Positions 10,930 to 20,947 are shown, counted from the stretch's first letter. The stretch is DNA of 64,000 nt from Calditrichia bacterium (GCA_963777955.1 CAVZSQ010000022.1:641020-705019); one strand, 5' to 3'. The notes: a model not told the origin generated them from the sequence alone. A program made the numbers and translations.

Positions 10930-11100
10930 TCATTATTTTAAAGATATAGTAGAAGTAATTACGCCTGCGGTCCCTGAGTGGGTCAGACCGGCCTGGCAGT
11001 TTTATTTCATTCGGGTGCGAGATCGTGAGGGCTTGTAGAAATATTTGCAGGATAACGGTATCAGCAAAGGCCGCAACTTCAGGACGCTGGGGAGTATCAT
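10930..11100 (+). pseudogene. remnant of a DegT-type aminotransferase C-terminus
   Basis: Translation ...PEWVRPAWQFYFIRVRDREGL*KYLQDNGISKG... resembles the conserved C-terminal block of DegT/EryC1 aminotransferases. The frame is broken by an internal stop and there is no N-terminus. Confidence 0.4.
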
Positions 11101-11103
11101 CCG

Positions 11104-12977
11104 ATGAACGTGCTTAAGAAAATTTTTCAAAGTGTTACACCGCTTAAACGGACCATCTTCTTTGTTATCGCTGATGGAATTATTTTTATTATTTCCCTGT
11201 ATCTTTCCTATGCGTTGAAATTCGGACTAAAACTGCAAAGCCACCCCTTCCCGTATGATTTCGTACTCAACGCTATTCCGTTATTCCTGGTCGTTAAATT
11301 CCTGGTCTATTTCAAACTGCATTTATACCAGTTCACCTGGCAATACGTGGGGCTGAATGAATTATATAACCTGCTCAAAGCTAATACGATCAGTGCAGCG
11401 ATCATTTTTCTGGTTTATTTCATCGGCTTTAGTTACGTCCCTAACTGGCTGCCCAAGAGTGTAATCATTTCCGATTATTTTATTTCCTTCATTCTGGCCG
11501 GCTCGCTGCGTATCATTAAACGCTTGTTCATTGAGATCTTCAAACCGGCACGGACCAAACGGGGTAAAACAACTATTATTATTGGTGCCAACAGCACAGG
11601 CGAAATGATCATGCGTGACCTGCGCCGGGAGAATTTCGAAAATTACTTGCCGGTAGCCTTCCTGGACGAGGATCGCCGCAAGTGGAATACCTATATTCAT
11701 GATATAGCAGTGTTAGGCGATGTCAGCGTTCTGGAGACTGTAGCCAGGAAAATGGATGTGAAGGCCTTGCTGATAGCTGACCATTCGCTGAACCTGCGAG
11801 AGATTAAAAATATCTATACCACGGCGAACAAGCTGGGAATCAAGGAAATAAAAATCGTTCCCAAGTTGTACTCGATTACCAATGCGGAAGTCACGGTGAA
11901 AAAACTGGAAGATATCCACGTGGAGGAGTTGATCAACCGGCAGGAAATCCAGGTTGAAGCCGAGAAGATAGGCCAGTTCCTGAAACAAAAAACCATCCTG
12001 ATCACCGGTGCGGCCGGTTCGATCGGATCCGAAATCGTGCGCCAGGTTATGATATTTAATCCTGCCAGGGTAATTATTTTCGAAATAGATGAGACTGAGA
12101 TTTTCAATCTGGAAAAACAACTGGACGAGCGATTTCCTGAAGTTGATCGACCGGGTCATCTACATCAGTTGTCGGTGATGTAAAAGATAAAAATAAAGTT
12201 TTCACAGTTTTCGAAAAATATAGACCGGAGATCGTATTCTCGACCGCAGCATATAAACATGTACCATTGATGGAATCCAATCCGGATGAAGCAATCAAAG
12301 TAAATCTGTTCGGAACCTATCATCTCTGCGCTGCAGCGGATAAATTCGGTGTCCAGAAATTTATCAATATTTCCACGGATAAAGCGGTCAATCCGCGCAG
12401 CGTGATGGGTATGACCAAGCGGATCGGGGAATATATCGCCCAGGCTTTCAACGAGACCAGCAAGACCCGCTATATATCGGTGCGTTTCGGCAACGTATTC
12501 GGTTCGCGCGGCAGCGTGATCCCGGTTTTCCTGGAACAGATCCGCAAAGGGGGGCCGGTAACGGTAACCCATCCCGATATGCAGCGTTATTTTATGACCA
12601 TCCCGGAGGCGGTAACGCTGGTACTGCAGGCCAGCGTACTGGGACAGGGGGGCGAAGTGATGATCCTGGATATGGGCGAGCCGATTCATATCACCAAAAT
12701 GGCCGAAGAACTGATCAAACTGCATGGCCTTACTCCGGGACAGGATATTGAAATCACTTATACCGGTATTCGTCCCGGTGAAAAAATATTCGAAGAGATC
12801 CTGACCGCCGAAGAGGGAACAACCAAGACCACCCATGAACGGATCTATGTGGCTATCGTGTCAAATCGCTATAACCGCCAGGAAATCGATAAACTGATGG
12901 AAAGTTTTAATGTAGCACTCAATAATGGGATATCGCTGGATCAGTTGAAGCAGAGGATTGTGGAGGCGGTGAGGTAA
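11104..12977 (+). CDS. CapD/PglF/WbpM-type membrane-anchored NAD-dependent nucleotide-sugar 4,6-dehydratase, with an internal frameshift near 12165
   Basis: N-terminal TM helices plus the ILITGAAGSIGSEI Rossmann motif sit in ORF 11104-12183. The conserved ...VGDVKDK...VFHAAAYKHVPLMESNP... continues in other frames into ORF 12267-12977. Confidence 0.75.
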
Positions 12978-13424
12978 ATGAGGGACAGAGGGACAAAGAG
13001 ACAAAGGGACAAAGGGAAAACGATATTTAGGAGTTATTAAGTAGGAGGCGCTTCCCAGCGCCGATTAACGGTAGCCGCAATCTTTAGATTGCGGAAGAGT
13101 ATTATAACGAAATGCCAGTAGCCGCGACTTGTGTCGCGGCGAAGGAATCAGATTCCTGCCCTAATGCGGGCAAGCCTGCAATATGAAATGCAGGAATGAC
13201 GGTGCGGTAGATTTATAGTTTGTGCACCCAAAGATTCCTCCTCGTCCCGGTAAATCGGGTCTTGTCGGAATGACAGTTTGGATAGAATTTTACAAGGATA
13301 TAGTAGAGATTGTCTTGGAGGGTAAAGGGTAGAATGAAAACTAAGTACCTTATTGTCTTTCCTTTATCCTTTACCCTTTAGCCTTTATCCTTATATATTA
13401 ATACCGATCAATAAAATATTAATC
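12978..13424. repeat. intergenic 8-bp-period repeat element (locus 1): AGGGACAR x5 array, then a roughly 300-bp run of GC-rich hairpins, then inverted TAAAGGG-type repeats
   Basis: 12981-13020 reads agggacag|agggacaa|agagacaa|agggacaa|agggaaaa. Hairpins follow: ccgcaatc-ttta-gattgcgg, gccgcgac-ttgt-gtcgcggc, cctgca-atatgaaa-tgcagg and ggtgc...gcacc. 13321-13336 ggtaaagggtagaatg faces 13361-13390 cctttatcctttaccctttagcctttatcc. Confidence 0.6.
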
Positions 13425-14477
13425 ATGGAAAGCATTTTCATTTTCTCCGCATCAATGATCTGTTCCTTACTGGTGACCCGGTTAGTAATAACCATTGCTA
13501 CCCGTTTTAAAATCGGTTCGCTCCCCGATACACGGAAGATCCATGTGGGATTTGTCCCGACTCTGGGCGGACTGGGAATTTTTCTGGGAACGGTGGCCGG
13601 TATCCTGGTTTCCCTGTTGTGGAAAGATTATTACTGGCAGATGTTCTCGATTAAATATATCGGAATAACCCTGGGTGCCCTGATCATGCTGCTCACCGGT
13701 ATCATTGATGATATTTACCGGCTGAGCGCCAACCGCAAATTTATCGCCCAGATCCTGGCCGCAACTGTGGTGATTCTATTCGGTTGCAAAATGACTGTAC
13801 TCGTCAATCCATTCGGTGCACCGCTCGACCTGGGTATATTTTCAATTCCGCTAACCTATTTCTGGCTGCTGCTGGTAACAAATTCCATAAATTTGCTGGA
13901 TGGTCTGGATGGTCTGGCCGGGGGGGTTTCCCTGCTGGTTCTGGCTACCTTCTCCATCCTGGCTTTCAATCAGACGGATTGGATGACTTTTGCATTATGC
14001 CTGGCACTATTGGGCGGGATACTCGGTTTCCTGAAATATAATTATCATCCGGCCCGGATTTTTATGGGGGATACCGGCTCGTTATTTCTGGGATTTCTGA
14101 TCGCCACTATTTCCCTGGAAGGATTGCAGAAATCGGCAGGTAATGTATCCCTGTTGATACCTATAGTTGCTTTGTCTGTCCCGCTGGGTGATTCCACCGT
14201 CGCTTTTTTCCGGCGATTGAATCGCGGCCAGCATCCCTTCATTGCCGATAAGGATCATATCCATCATCGCCTGCTTTTCCTGGGCTTATCGCACCGGCAG
14301 GCTGTGCATACCATATATATTTTCAGTTTGTTGTTTGGATTATCCGCTTACCTGATTTCCACGGACCTGCGCGTCTACGGAATCATCCTGCTGGCAGTGA
14401 TTACACTGATAGTCTCTGACCAGCCTGTTTCGCCTGGGTTATCTGGAAGCAGAAAAAATCAAGACTTACCTTGGTGA
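13425..14477 (+). CDS. WecA/WbpL/MraY-family (GT4 polyprenyl-phosphate N-acetylhexosamine-1-phosphate transferase)
   Basis: About 10 TM helices and the conserved INLLDGLDGLA and FMGDTGS motifs of the MraY/WecA superfamily. The likely start is ATG 13425; the track ORF starts upstream at 13353. Confidence 0.8.
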   Translation: MESIFIFSASMICSLLVTRLVITIATRFKIGSLPDTRKIHVGFVPTLGGLGIFLGTVAGILVSLLWKDYYWQMFSIKYIGITLGALIMLLTGIIDDIYRLSANRKFIAQILAATVVILFGCKMTVLVNPFGAPLDLGIFSIPLTYFWLLLVTNSINLLDGLDGLAGGVSLLVLATFSILAFNQTDWMTFALCLALLGGILGFLKYNYHPARIFMGDTGSLFLGFLIATISLEGLQKSAGNVSLLIPIVALSVPLGDSTVAFFRRLNRGQHPFIADKDHIHHRLLFLGLSHRQAVHTIYIFSLLFGLSAYLISTDLRVYGIILLAVITLIVSDQPVSPGLSGSRKNQDLPW

Positions 14478-14505
14478 CCAGACCATAATCCAGGTCAAGA
14501 AAGAG

Positions 14506-15858
14506 ATGGCGCCGCTGTCCATGCGCCGTTTCTGGCATAAATTTGTACTGATACTGGCTGATTTTCTGACCATTAATATCACCTTAGTGCTGACCTACTG
14601 GTTCCGGTTTCAGACGGGTGTTTTTACCGAAACGGGAACCGTTTCGCTACAACTATACATAACATCCGGTGTGTGGTTGATTCTGGCCACCTATTTTATT
14701 TTTCTGTTCTACATGAACGATTTGTACCAAATGCGCTGGGATATTTCCCGTTTTGACCAGTTGCTGCGCACCAGCCGGGTAATCATATTCGGAGCGGCTT
14801 TGCTGTTTCTGATCACGCTTGATCCCAGCCGTTTGTTTTCCAGCAGCCGGCTGACCCTGATCTTTTATGCGCTGTTATTACTGCTGCTGGTAAATACCGG
14901 CCGCCTGCTGGTGATCTATTTTGAAAAAAAATTTGCTGTTCTGGAATATGCACCCCATAAGACAATTTTAGTCGGAACAGGAGAAAAGGCACGCAAAATA
15001 TTAAAGGAGATCAGGGGTAATCCTCATTTATTATATGATCTGGTCGGCGTTATCGATACACCCGAGCCAAAAACCGCCTTAGGTAATCTGACTTATCTGG
15101 GAGTTTACGAGCAGTTACCCAGGGCCATCCGTGACAATGGTGTGGAAGAAGTGATCATTGCCATCAGTGAACGCTCCCGGGATGAAATCCTGAACATTGT
15201 TTCTTATGGTGAAAATATGGGTGTGTCTTTCAAACTGATCCCGGAGATGTACGATGTCATTTCAGGACACAAGACAGAAGAGATCCTGGGACATCCTTTA
15301 ATCCGGATCTTTCCTGATCAGATGAAATCCTGGCAATGGTTGGTCAAACGCCTGATCGATATTATAGCCGGTCTGATTTTATTTGCAGTATGTATCCCCT
15401 TCTTTTTGCTGGTCATCTTTCTGCAGGTTATCAAAGGCATTTATCCTTACCTGCGGGTGGAAGACCGGGTCGGCCGGCAGGGTAAATTATTCGGATTATT
15501 GATGTTCAATTCCGGGGCAGGACAGGAAAAATTTGAATCCTTTTTAGGGCGAACCCGGCTGTATAAAATTCCACAATTATTAAATTTGATCCTCGGTTCG
15601 ATATCACTGGTCGGACCCAGACCGGAGTCGAGAACAAATGTCGAAGAATTGCGCTCGCGGATAAAATTTTATAATCGCCGCTTTATGGTTCGTCCGGGTC
15701 TGACCGGCTGGGGCCAGATGAAGGTACGTGATTTGACCTCATTCAAGCATCAAAAAGAAGAATTCAAACAGGATCTTTTTTACCTGGAAAATATGTCCCT
15801 GAGTTTTGATTTCCGGATCTTATTACGGTCTTTTCTGTCTTTTATCTTTGGAAAGTGA
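14506..15858 (+). CDS. polyprenyl glycosylphosphotransferase (full-length WbaP/EpsB-type sugar transferase)
   Basis: N-terminal TM helices, a central CoA/NAD-like domain, and the C-terminal bacterial sugar transferase domain with ...SLVGPRPE.... Confidence 0.8.
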   Translation: MAPLSMRRFWHKFVLILADFLTINITLVLTYWFRFQTGVFTETGTVSLQLYITSGVWLILATYFIFLFYMNDLYQMRWDISRFDQLLRTSRVIIFGAALLFLITLDPSRLFSSSRLTLIFYALLLLLLVNTGRLLVIYFEKKFAVLEYAPHKTILVGTGEKARKILKEIRGNPHLLYDLVGVIDTPEPKTALGNLTYLGVYEQLPRAIRDNGVEEVIIAISERSRDEILNIVSYGENMGVSFKLIPEMYDVISGHKTEEILGHPLIRIFPDQMKSWQWLVKRLIDIIAGLILFAVCIPFFLLVIFLQVIKGIYPYLRVEDRVGRQGKLFGLLMFNSGAGQEKFESFLGRTRLYKIPQLLNLILGSISLVGPRPESRTNVEELRSRIKFYNRRFMVRPGLTGWGQMKVRDLTSFKHQKEEFKQDLFYLENMSLSFDFRILLRSFLSFIFGK

Positions 15859-15861
15859 TCC

Positions 15862-17112
15862 ATGGACAAGCGGCTGCAGATTTCGGTAATAATTGTCAAT
15901 TATAATGCCCATGAGTACATTTTATTGACCCTTGAATCGGTTTTTCGTGCAGTCAAAAATTTTACAGCGGAAGTTATCGTTGTTGATAACGCTTCAAGCG
16001 ATGGATCGGTCGGACAGATAAGTCAATATTATCCGCAGACTACCATAATTCAAAATCCCCGCAATGCAGGTTTTGCCGCGGCCAATAATATCGGCCTGCG
16101 CCGGGCCCGGGGGGATTTTGTCCTGCTGCTCAATCCGGATACCATGGTGCCCGAGGATGTCTTTGAACTTCTCCTCGAATTTATGAACCGGACACCTGCT
16201 GCCGGAGTTGCCGGGTGTAAGATCCTGAATGCCGACGGCAGTTTTTCTGTTGATTCCAGGCATAGCGTACCATCACCCATGACCGCTCTGTGGAAACAGT
16301 TGGGATTTAACCGGCTGTTTCCCAAAAGCAAGATATTCGGCAGGTACAACCTGACTTATCTGGATCCGGATAAAACCTATCCTGTCGATGCAATTTCCGG
16401 TTCATTCATGTTTCTGCGCCGGCAAGTTATCGAACAGGCCGGCCCGGGGGCCGGATTACTGGACGAGAAATATTTCATGTATGGCGAGGACCTGGATTAT
16501 TGCTACCGGATAAATCAGACCGCCTGGAAAGTTTATTATTATGCCGGAACGGCTATTTTACATTACAAAGGGGAAAGTACAAATAAAAATGCTTTCGGTT
16601 ACAGTTGGAATTTCAGCCGCTCGTTATTCTTGTTTTACCGAAGGCATTTTCATTATCACTTCAGTTTTCTGATGCATGGAATCGTCCTGCTGGGTGTAAT
16701 TCTGCGCAGTGTGCTGGTGTTTCTGAAAAATAACATCAAAAATATTTTTGAGTTTATCCGGCACGGTTTAGATAAGTTCAGGCCAGCAGAGAAGAAAATG
16801 ATCTGGATGGGATCATTAAAAGGTCTGCAGGATTCACGGGCGCTGTTTAAATTATCGGGGTATCAGATCAGCGGTATAATATCCGTCGGACCACCGGATG
16901 GTTCAGTTTCGGATATTCCGGTTTTGGGCAACGTGCAGAAGATCGAAGAATTTATTCCTCCGGCCGGCAGCCATGATCTGATTTTCGATGCGGATGCAAA
17001 GACACTTTCATTTAAGAGCATAATTAGTACCATGTCAATTCTGAGAAAATGGAAAATGAATTATAGAATCTATCTTGCCGGGAAGAATATTTTAATAGGT
17101 AAATCATTGTAA
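15862..17112 (+). CDS. GT2-family glycosyltransferase with a C-terminal extension
   Basis: SVIIVNYNAHEY...VVDNASSDGS...LLNPDT are GT2 (GT-A) motifs. It is the last gene of the glycan operon. Confidence 0.75.
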   Translation: MDKRLQISVIIVNYNAHEYILLTLESVFRAVKNFTAEVIVVDNASSDGSVGQISQYYPQTTIIQNPRNAGFAAANNIGLRRARGDFVLLLNPDTMVPEDVFELLLEFMNRTPAAGVAGCKILNADGSFSVDSRHSVPSPMTALWKQLGFNRLFPKSKIFGRYNLTYLDPDKTYPVDAISGSFMFLRRQVIEQAGPGAGLLDEKYFMYGEDLDYCYRINQTAWKVYYYAGTAILHYKGESTNKNAFGYSWNFSRSLFLFYRRHFHYHFSFLMHGIVLLGVILRSVLVFLKNNIKNIFEFIRHGLDKFRPAEKKMIWMGSLKGLQDSRALFKLSGYQISGIISVGPPDGSVSDIPVLGNVQKIEEFIPPAGSHDLIFDADAKTLSFKSIISTMSILRKWKMNYRIYLAGKNILIGKSL

Positions 17113-17123
17113 TTGCAGGGCGA

Positions 17124-17160
17124 GGATTGTAGGGGCGAGGTTACCTCGCCCCTACAATCC
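17124..17160. terminator. 17-bp perfect stem hairpin after the glycan operon (putative terminator or RNA structure)
   Basis: ggattgtaggggcgagg-tta-cctcgcccctacaatcc. The downstream tract is A-rich rather than T-rich, so intrinsic-terminator status is uncertain. Confidence 0.35.
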
Positions 17161-17259
17161 CAAATAAAACCGGCCAAATTTGATCAAACATGTGCATTTG
17201 TGTAAATTCATTTTGTCATAATTGTATGTGCAATACAAAATATTCAAACGGGAAAAAAT

Positions 17260-18543
17260 ATGTTGGATTTGAAATTCATCCGGGAAAACCCGGACAAGGT
17301 AAAAGAGGGTATCCGTCTAAAAAATGAAAACGGTGATGTGGATGCTCTGTTAGATCTGGATAAACAGCGCCGCAACTGGATTTTTGAAGTCGAAAATCTG
17401 AAGAAAGAACGGAACGAGAACAGCCGGCTGGTGGCAGAATTGAAGAAACAAAAGAAAGATGCGGCTGAATTAATCGAAAAGACCCGCTTGATTTCGGATC
17501 GTATCAGGACTCTGGATGATCAAGTCGCTGAAGTCGAAGGAACTATTAAAAAAGCACTGGATCGCATTCCCAATATGCCGCATTCATCGGTGCCGCCCGG
17601 CAAAGATCCAGCTGCCAATGTGGAAATTAAATCATGGGGCGTCATACCCAAATTCGATTTCAAAGTCAAAGACCATCTGGCTCTGGGCGAAGACCTGGAT
17701 ATACTCGATTTTAAGCGGGGCAGTAAAATCAGCGGCAGCGGGTTTCCGGTATATAAAGGTCCGGGCGCCCGGTTGGAGCGGGCTCTGATCAATTTCATGC
17801 TGGATATTCATATCAAAGACCATGGCTATACCGAAATATTTCCTCCTTTCCTGGTGAATCGTGACAGCATGTATGGCACCGGTCAATTGCCTAAACTGGA
17901 AGATGATATGTACTGTGCCGAGAAAGATGACCTGTTCCTGATTCCCACCGCCGAGGTACCACTGACCAATCTGCACCGCAATGAAACTGTTCCCGTTGAG
18001 AAACTGCCTTTGAAATATGTTGCTTATACCGCCTGTTTTCGCCGCGAAGCCGGTTCATACGGAAAAGAAACAAAAGGTTTCTTACGGGTTCACCAGTTCA
18101 ATAAAGTGGAGTTGGTGAATTTTACTCTACCTGAAAATTCATATACAGCCCACGAAAAGTTGCTGGTTGAGGCCACCCGGATTTTACAGTTGCTGGAGAT
18201 TCCTTACCGGGTACTGCTGCTTTGTTCCGGGGATCTCAGTTTTGCCGCGGCCAAATGCTACGATATTGAAACGTGGTCTCCGGCTGAACAAAAATGGCTG
18301 GAAGCATCCAGTGTCAGCAATTTCGAAGATTTCCAGGCCCGGCGTGCCAATATTCGTTTTCGCCGCGAACAGAATAAATCACTGGAATTCGTGCATACAC
18401 TCAACGGTTCAGGACTGGCCACCTCCCGTCTGATGGTATCACTGCTGGAGATCAATCAGACGGATGAGGGCACCATAGTAGTTCCGCCGGTGCTGAGACC
18501 TTATCTGGATGGGCTGGCGGTAATAAAAAGGGAATACAAATGA
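17260..18543 (+). CDS. serS: seryl-tRNA synthetase
   Basis: N-terminal coiled-coil tRNA-binding arm, then the class II aaRS core with motifs 2 and 3 (...FRREAGSYGKETKG..., ...GSGLATSRL...). Length is 427 aa. Confidence 0.9.
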   Translation: MLDLKFIRENPDKVKEGIRLKNENGDVDALLDLDKQRRNWIFEVENLKKERNENSRLVAELKKQKKDAAELIEKTRLISDRIRTLDDQVAEVEGTIKKALDRIPNMPHSSVPPGKDPAANVEIKSWGVIPKFDFKVKDHLALGEDLDILDFKRGSKISGSGFPVYKGPGARLERALINFMLDIHIKDHGYTEIFPPFLVNRDSMYGTGQLPKLEDDMYCAEKDDLFLIPTAEVPLTNLHRNETVPVEKLPLKYVAYTACFRREAGSYGKETKGFLRVHQFNKVELVNFTLPENSYTAHEKLLVEATRILQLLEIPYRVLLLCSGDLSFAAAKCYDIETWSPAEQKWLEASSVSNFEDFQARRANIRFRREQNKSLEFVHTLNGSGLATSRLMVSLLEINQTDEGTIVVPPVLRPYLDGLAVIKREYK

Positions 18544-19274
18544 TCCGCACATTCTTCGGTATGATCACGGTGGTAATTATGACGTTGATCAGCGGATTGG
18601 GCGCGGTGCTGGCCGGTGCGTTTAATCCTTATTCACGGGCGGTCTATTATCTGGGCTTGATCTGGGCCCGCAGCATATTGTGGGTCGCCGGAGCCAGACT
18701 CATTGTCGAAGGTCTGCAGAATATCGACCTTAAACAGCAATATGTTTTTATCGGCAATCACCAAAGCCATTTTGATGTGCTGACTGTATTCAGCGCCATC
18801 CCCATGATGATGCGTTTTCTGACCAAAAAAGAATTATTCAAGATACCGGTATTCGGCTGGGCCCTTAGTGCCGTCGGCATGATCAAGATTGACCGTGCCA
18901 ATCATGAAGAATCGGTCAAAACGATGAACCAGGCCCTGGAAGTTATGCACCGGAATAAAATTTCTGTGGTAGTATTTCCGGAGGGAACCCGCAGTCCGGA
19001 CGGAAACCTGGGGGTATTCAAAAAAGGCGGATTTATTATTGCGATCAAGGGGAAAATTCCGATAGTCCCTATTTCGATTTCGGGAAGTCGTTTCGTGCTG
19101 CCCAAGCATAGTTCGCGGGCCAAACCGGGTCCAATTAAAATGGTTATTGGCAAACCGATCGAAACCCGTAATTATACTTATCTGAACAGGGATGAACTAA
19201 TGACCAGGACAATCGACACTATCAAAAACAATATCGATCCTGTTTATAACGAGAAGACCTTCGACCGGAATTAA
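18540..19274 (+). CDS. plsC: 1-acyl-sn-glycerol-3-phosphate acyltransferase
   Basis: HxxxxD acyltransferase motif (NHQSHFD) and the FPEGTRS block. It shares a 4-nt ATGA overlap with serS. Confidence 0.8.
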   Translation: MIRTFFGMITVVIMTLISGLGAVLAGAFNPYSRAVYYLGLIWARSILWVAGARLIVEGLQNIDLKQQYVFIGNHQSHFDVLTVFSAIPMMMRFLTKKELFKIPVFGWALSAVGMIKIDRANHEESVKTMNQALEVMHRNKISVVVFPEGTRSPDGNLGVFKKGGFIIAIKGKIPIVPISISGSRFVLPKHSSRAKPGPIKMVIGKPIETRNYTYLNRDELMTRTIDTIKNNIDPVYNEKTFDRN

Positions 19275-19297
19275 ATGGATTTATTTGAAATGGTTTG

Positions 19298-20947
19298 TCA
19301 AACCAGACAAACTTGATTTCTGCCGCTCTCTTTAGCATGATATAGCGCTTCGTCTGCTTTTTTAAGCAAGGTATCCTCATTTTTGCCGTCTTCAGGAAAA
19401 CTGGCAATACCAAGACTGATAGTTAATTCAATCCTGGCAGTCTCTTTTTTAGTGGGGAGTTTGGTGCTTTTAATCAGCTTTACTAATTTTTGAGCCAGAG
19501 ACCCGGCTTGAATTTTACTCAATTCGGGTAAAATTAATACAAATTCATCACCGCCATACCGGCTGAGGATATCAGATTTACGGATATTATCCTTCAATTT
19601 CTGAGCAATTATTTTTAAGGCCTGATCACCGTTGCGGTGCCCCTGGCTGTCATTGAATTGCTTGAAATTATCGATATCGATCATGGCGATAGAAAAAATC
19701 TTATGATGCCGCGAGCCGCGCAAAAGTTCCCGTTCGATCTGGGATTGAAAATAGCGGTAGTTAAATACTTCGGTAAGCGGATCGGTAATAGCCTGTTGTT
19801 CTTTGATGTGTAATAATTTTAAAGAACGATGATACAGGACCATATTTTCATAAATGATACCGGCGGTCTGTAAAAATGATTTTAAGACACGGATTTCATA
19901 TGTAGCTAAGGGATTGTCAGGCGCCCGGCGGTCAAGCAGGATCAGGAGTTTGTCCGGGAAATCATGATCAGTTTCTTTTTCAGCTTCCAGCGTTCCCGGT
20001 TCTTTTTTGACAGCTGCTTCACGCCGTTGGTCGAAACCCGATAAACAACCGATTATAAAGGCCTGCGAATCGAGAATTCTGGCTGTCTGATTCAAGGAGT
20101 GATTCAGAATTTCAGATTGGTTCTTTATCCACAGGATTTTCGATTCCGCTTCAAGATCGGTATAAAAGGAATGCTCCAGATGCAAGGTATGATTCGACCA
20201 TTGCTGCTCGCTGAATCCAGTCCAGGTGATCGGTTTCATTTCTTCGGTTTCAGGATGATATTCAAATAGAATAGCGCGATCCAGGTCAAATCCATCCACC
20301 AGCATTTCCGGAAGCAGATCCAGCATCTGTAACGGCGACGCCTGTACGCGTAAACTGTTGGCCAGGTTGTTCATGGTGAACAGGCGGCTGTTATAAACAG
20401 TGAGTTGCTCTTCCGAGCGTTTGAATTGTTCGTTAATTATCTTCAGATTTTGATTTAATTTCTCCAGTTCTTCAATCTTGGCCCTTAACTTTTCGACCAG
20501 CCGTACATTATATTCGGTCAGGATTTTTTTCTCGACATCCTGAGCCACCAATTCTTTACGGCCGTGCAAATACTCATTTATAAGTTTGATAAATTCACTG
20601 ACATTGATCGGCTTGGAAATAAAGCCGTCGCATCCTGCCGCCAGTGTGCGTTCTTTGGCCTGGGCTTCCGCATCAACAGAAAGGGCAATAATCGGGGTGT
20701 GCTGCAGATTTTTTATGGATTTTAATAAAGTTGTGACTTCATAACCGTTCATATCCGGCAGATTAATATCCATGATGATCAGATCAGGTTTTTCAGCAGT
20801 GGCCAGGCGAATTCCTTCCAGACCCCTGGAGGCAGAGAGAAAAGTATAGCCATGGATACGCAGGATATCGGCCATCATCTCGCGTGATTCCGGATCGTCT
20901 TCGATGTACAGCAGTTTTTTGTGTTCATTTTCCATTGTAAAAGTCAC
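19298..20947 (-). CDS. response regulator receiver - coiled coil - GGDEF diguanylate cyclase
   Basis: N-terminal REC domain (LLYIEDD...IIMDINLPDMNG), a central coiled-coil/GAF-like region, and a C-terminal GGDEF domain with RYGGDEF. Confidence 0.8.
   Translation of the reverse strand: MTFTMENEHKKLLYIEDDPESREMMADILRIHGYTFLSASRGLEGIRLATAEKPDLIIMDINLPDMNGYEVTTLLKSIKNLQHTPIIALSVDAEAQAKERTLAAGCDGFISKPINVSEFIKLINEYLHGRKELVAQDVEKKILTEYNVRLVEKLRAKIEELEKLNQNLKIINEQFKRSEEQLTVYNSRLFTMNNLANSLRVQASPLQMLDLLPEMLVDGFDLDRAILFEYHPETEEMKPITWTGFSEQQWSNHTLHLEHSFYTDLEAESKILWIKNQSEILNHSLNQTARILDSQAFIIGCLSGFDQRREAAVKKEPGTLEAEKETDHDFPDKLLILLDRRAPDNPLATYEIRVLKSFLQTAGIIYENMVLYHRSLKLLHIKEQQAITDPLTEVFNYRYFQSQIERELLRGSRHHKIFSIAMIDIDNFKQFNDSQGHRNGDQALKIIAQKLKDNIRKSDILSRYGGDEFVLILPELSKIQAGSLAQKLVKLIKSTKLPTKKETARIELTISLGIASFPEDGKNEDTLLKKADEALYHAKESGRNQVCLV

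Noticed and set aside
12165-12836. Long antisense ORFs in the six-frame track, such as 12165-12836 (-), 11713-12159 (-), 44121-44693 (-), 48692-49318 (-), 46668-47042 (-), 5502-5753 (-) and 6487-6849 (-)
   Set aside because: They lie entirely inside well-supported sense-strand genes (CapD-like, GldA-like, BatA, GldG-like, E1 alpha/beta). They have no motifs and have the composition expected of a spurious reverse frame.
12981-13020. Whether the short direct repeats (also at 21041, 36631, 41621, 49511, 53253 and 56761) could be a CRISPR array
   Set aside because: The units are 8 nt and contiguous with no spacers. They are degenerate and drift in sequence. No cas genes are present. This is inconsistent with CRISPR repeats of 24-48 nt separated by unique spacers.
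17124-17160. Classifying the 17-bp hairpin after the glycan operon as a canonical intrinsic terminator
   Set aside because: The stem is strong, but the 3' flank is A-rich rather than U-rich. It is therefore reported only as a putative terminator or RNA structure at low confidence.
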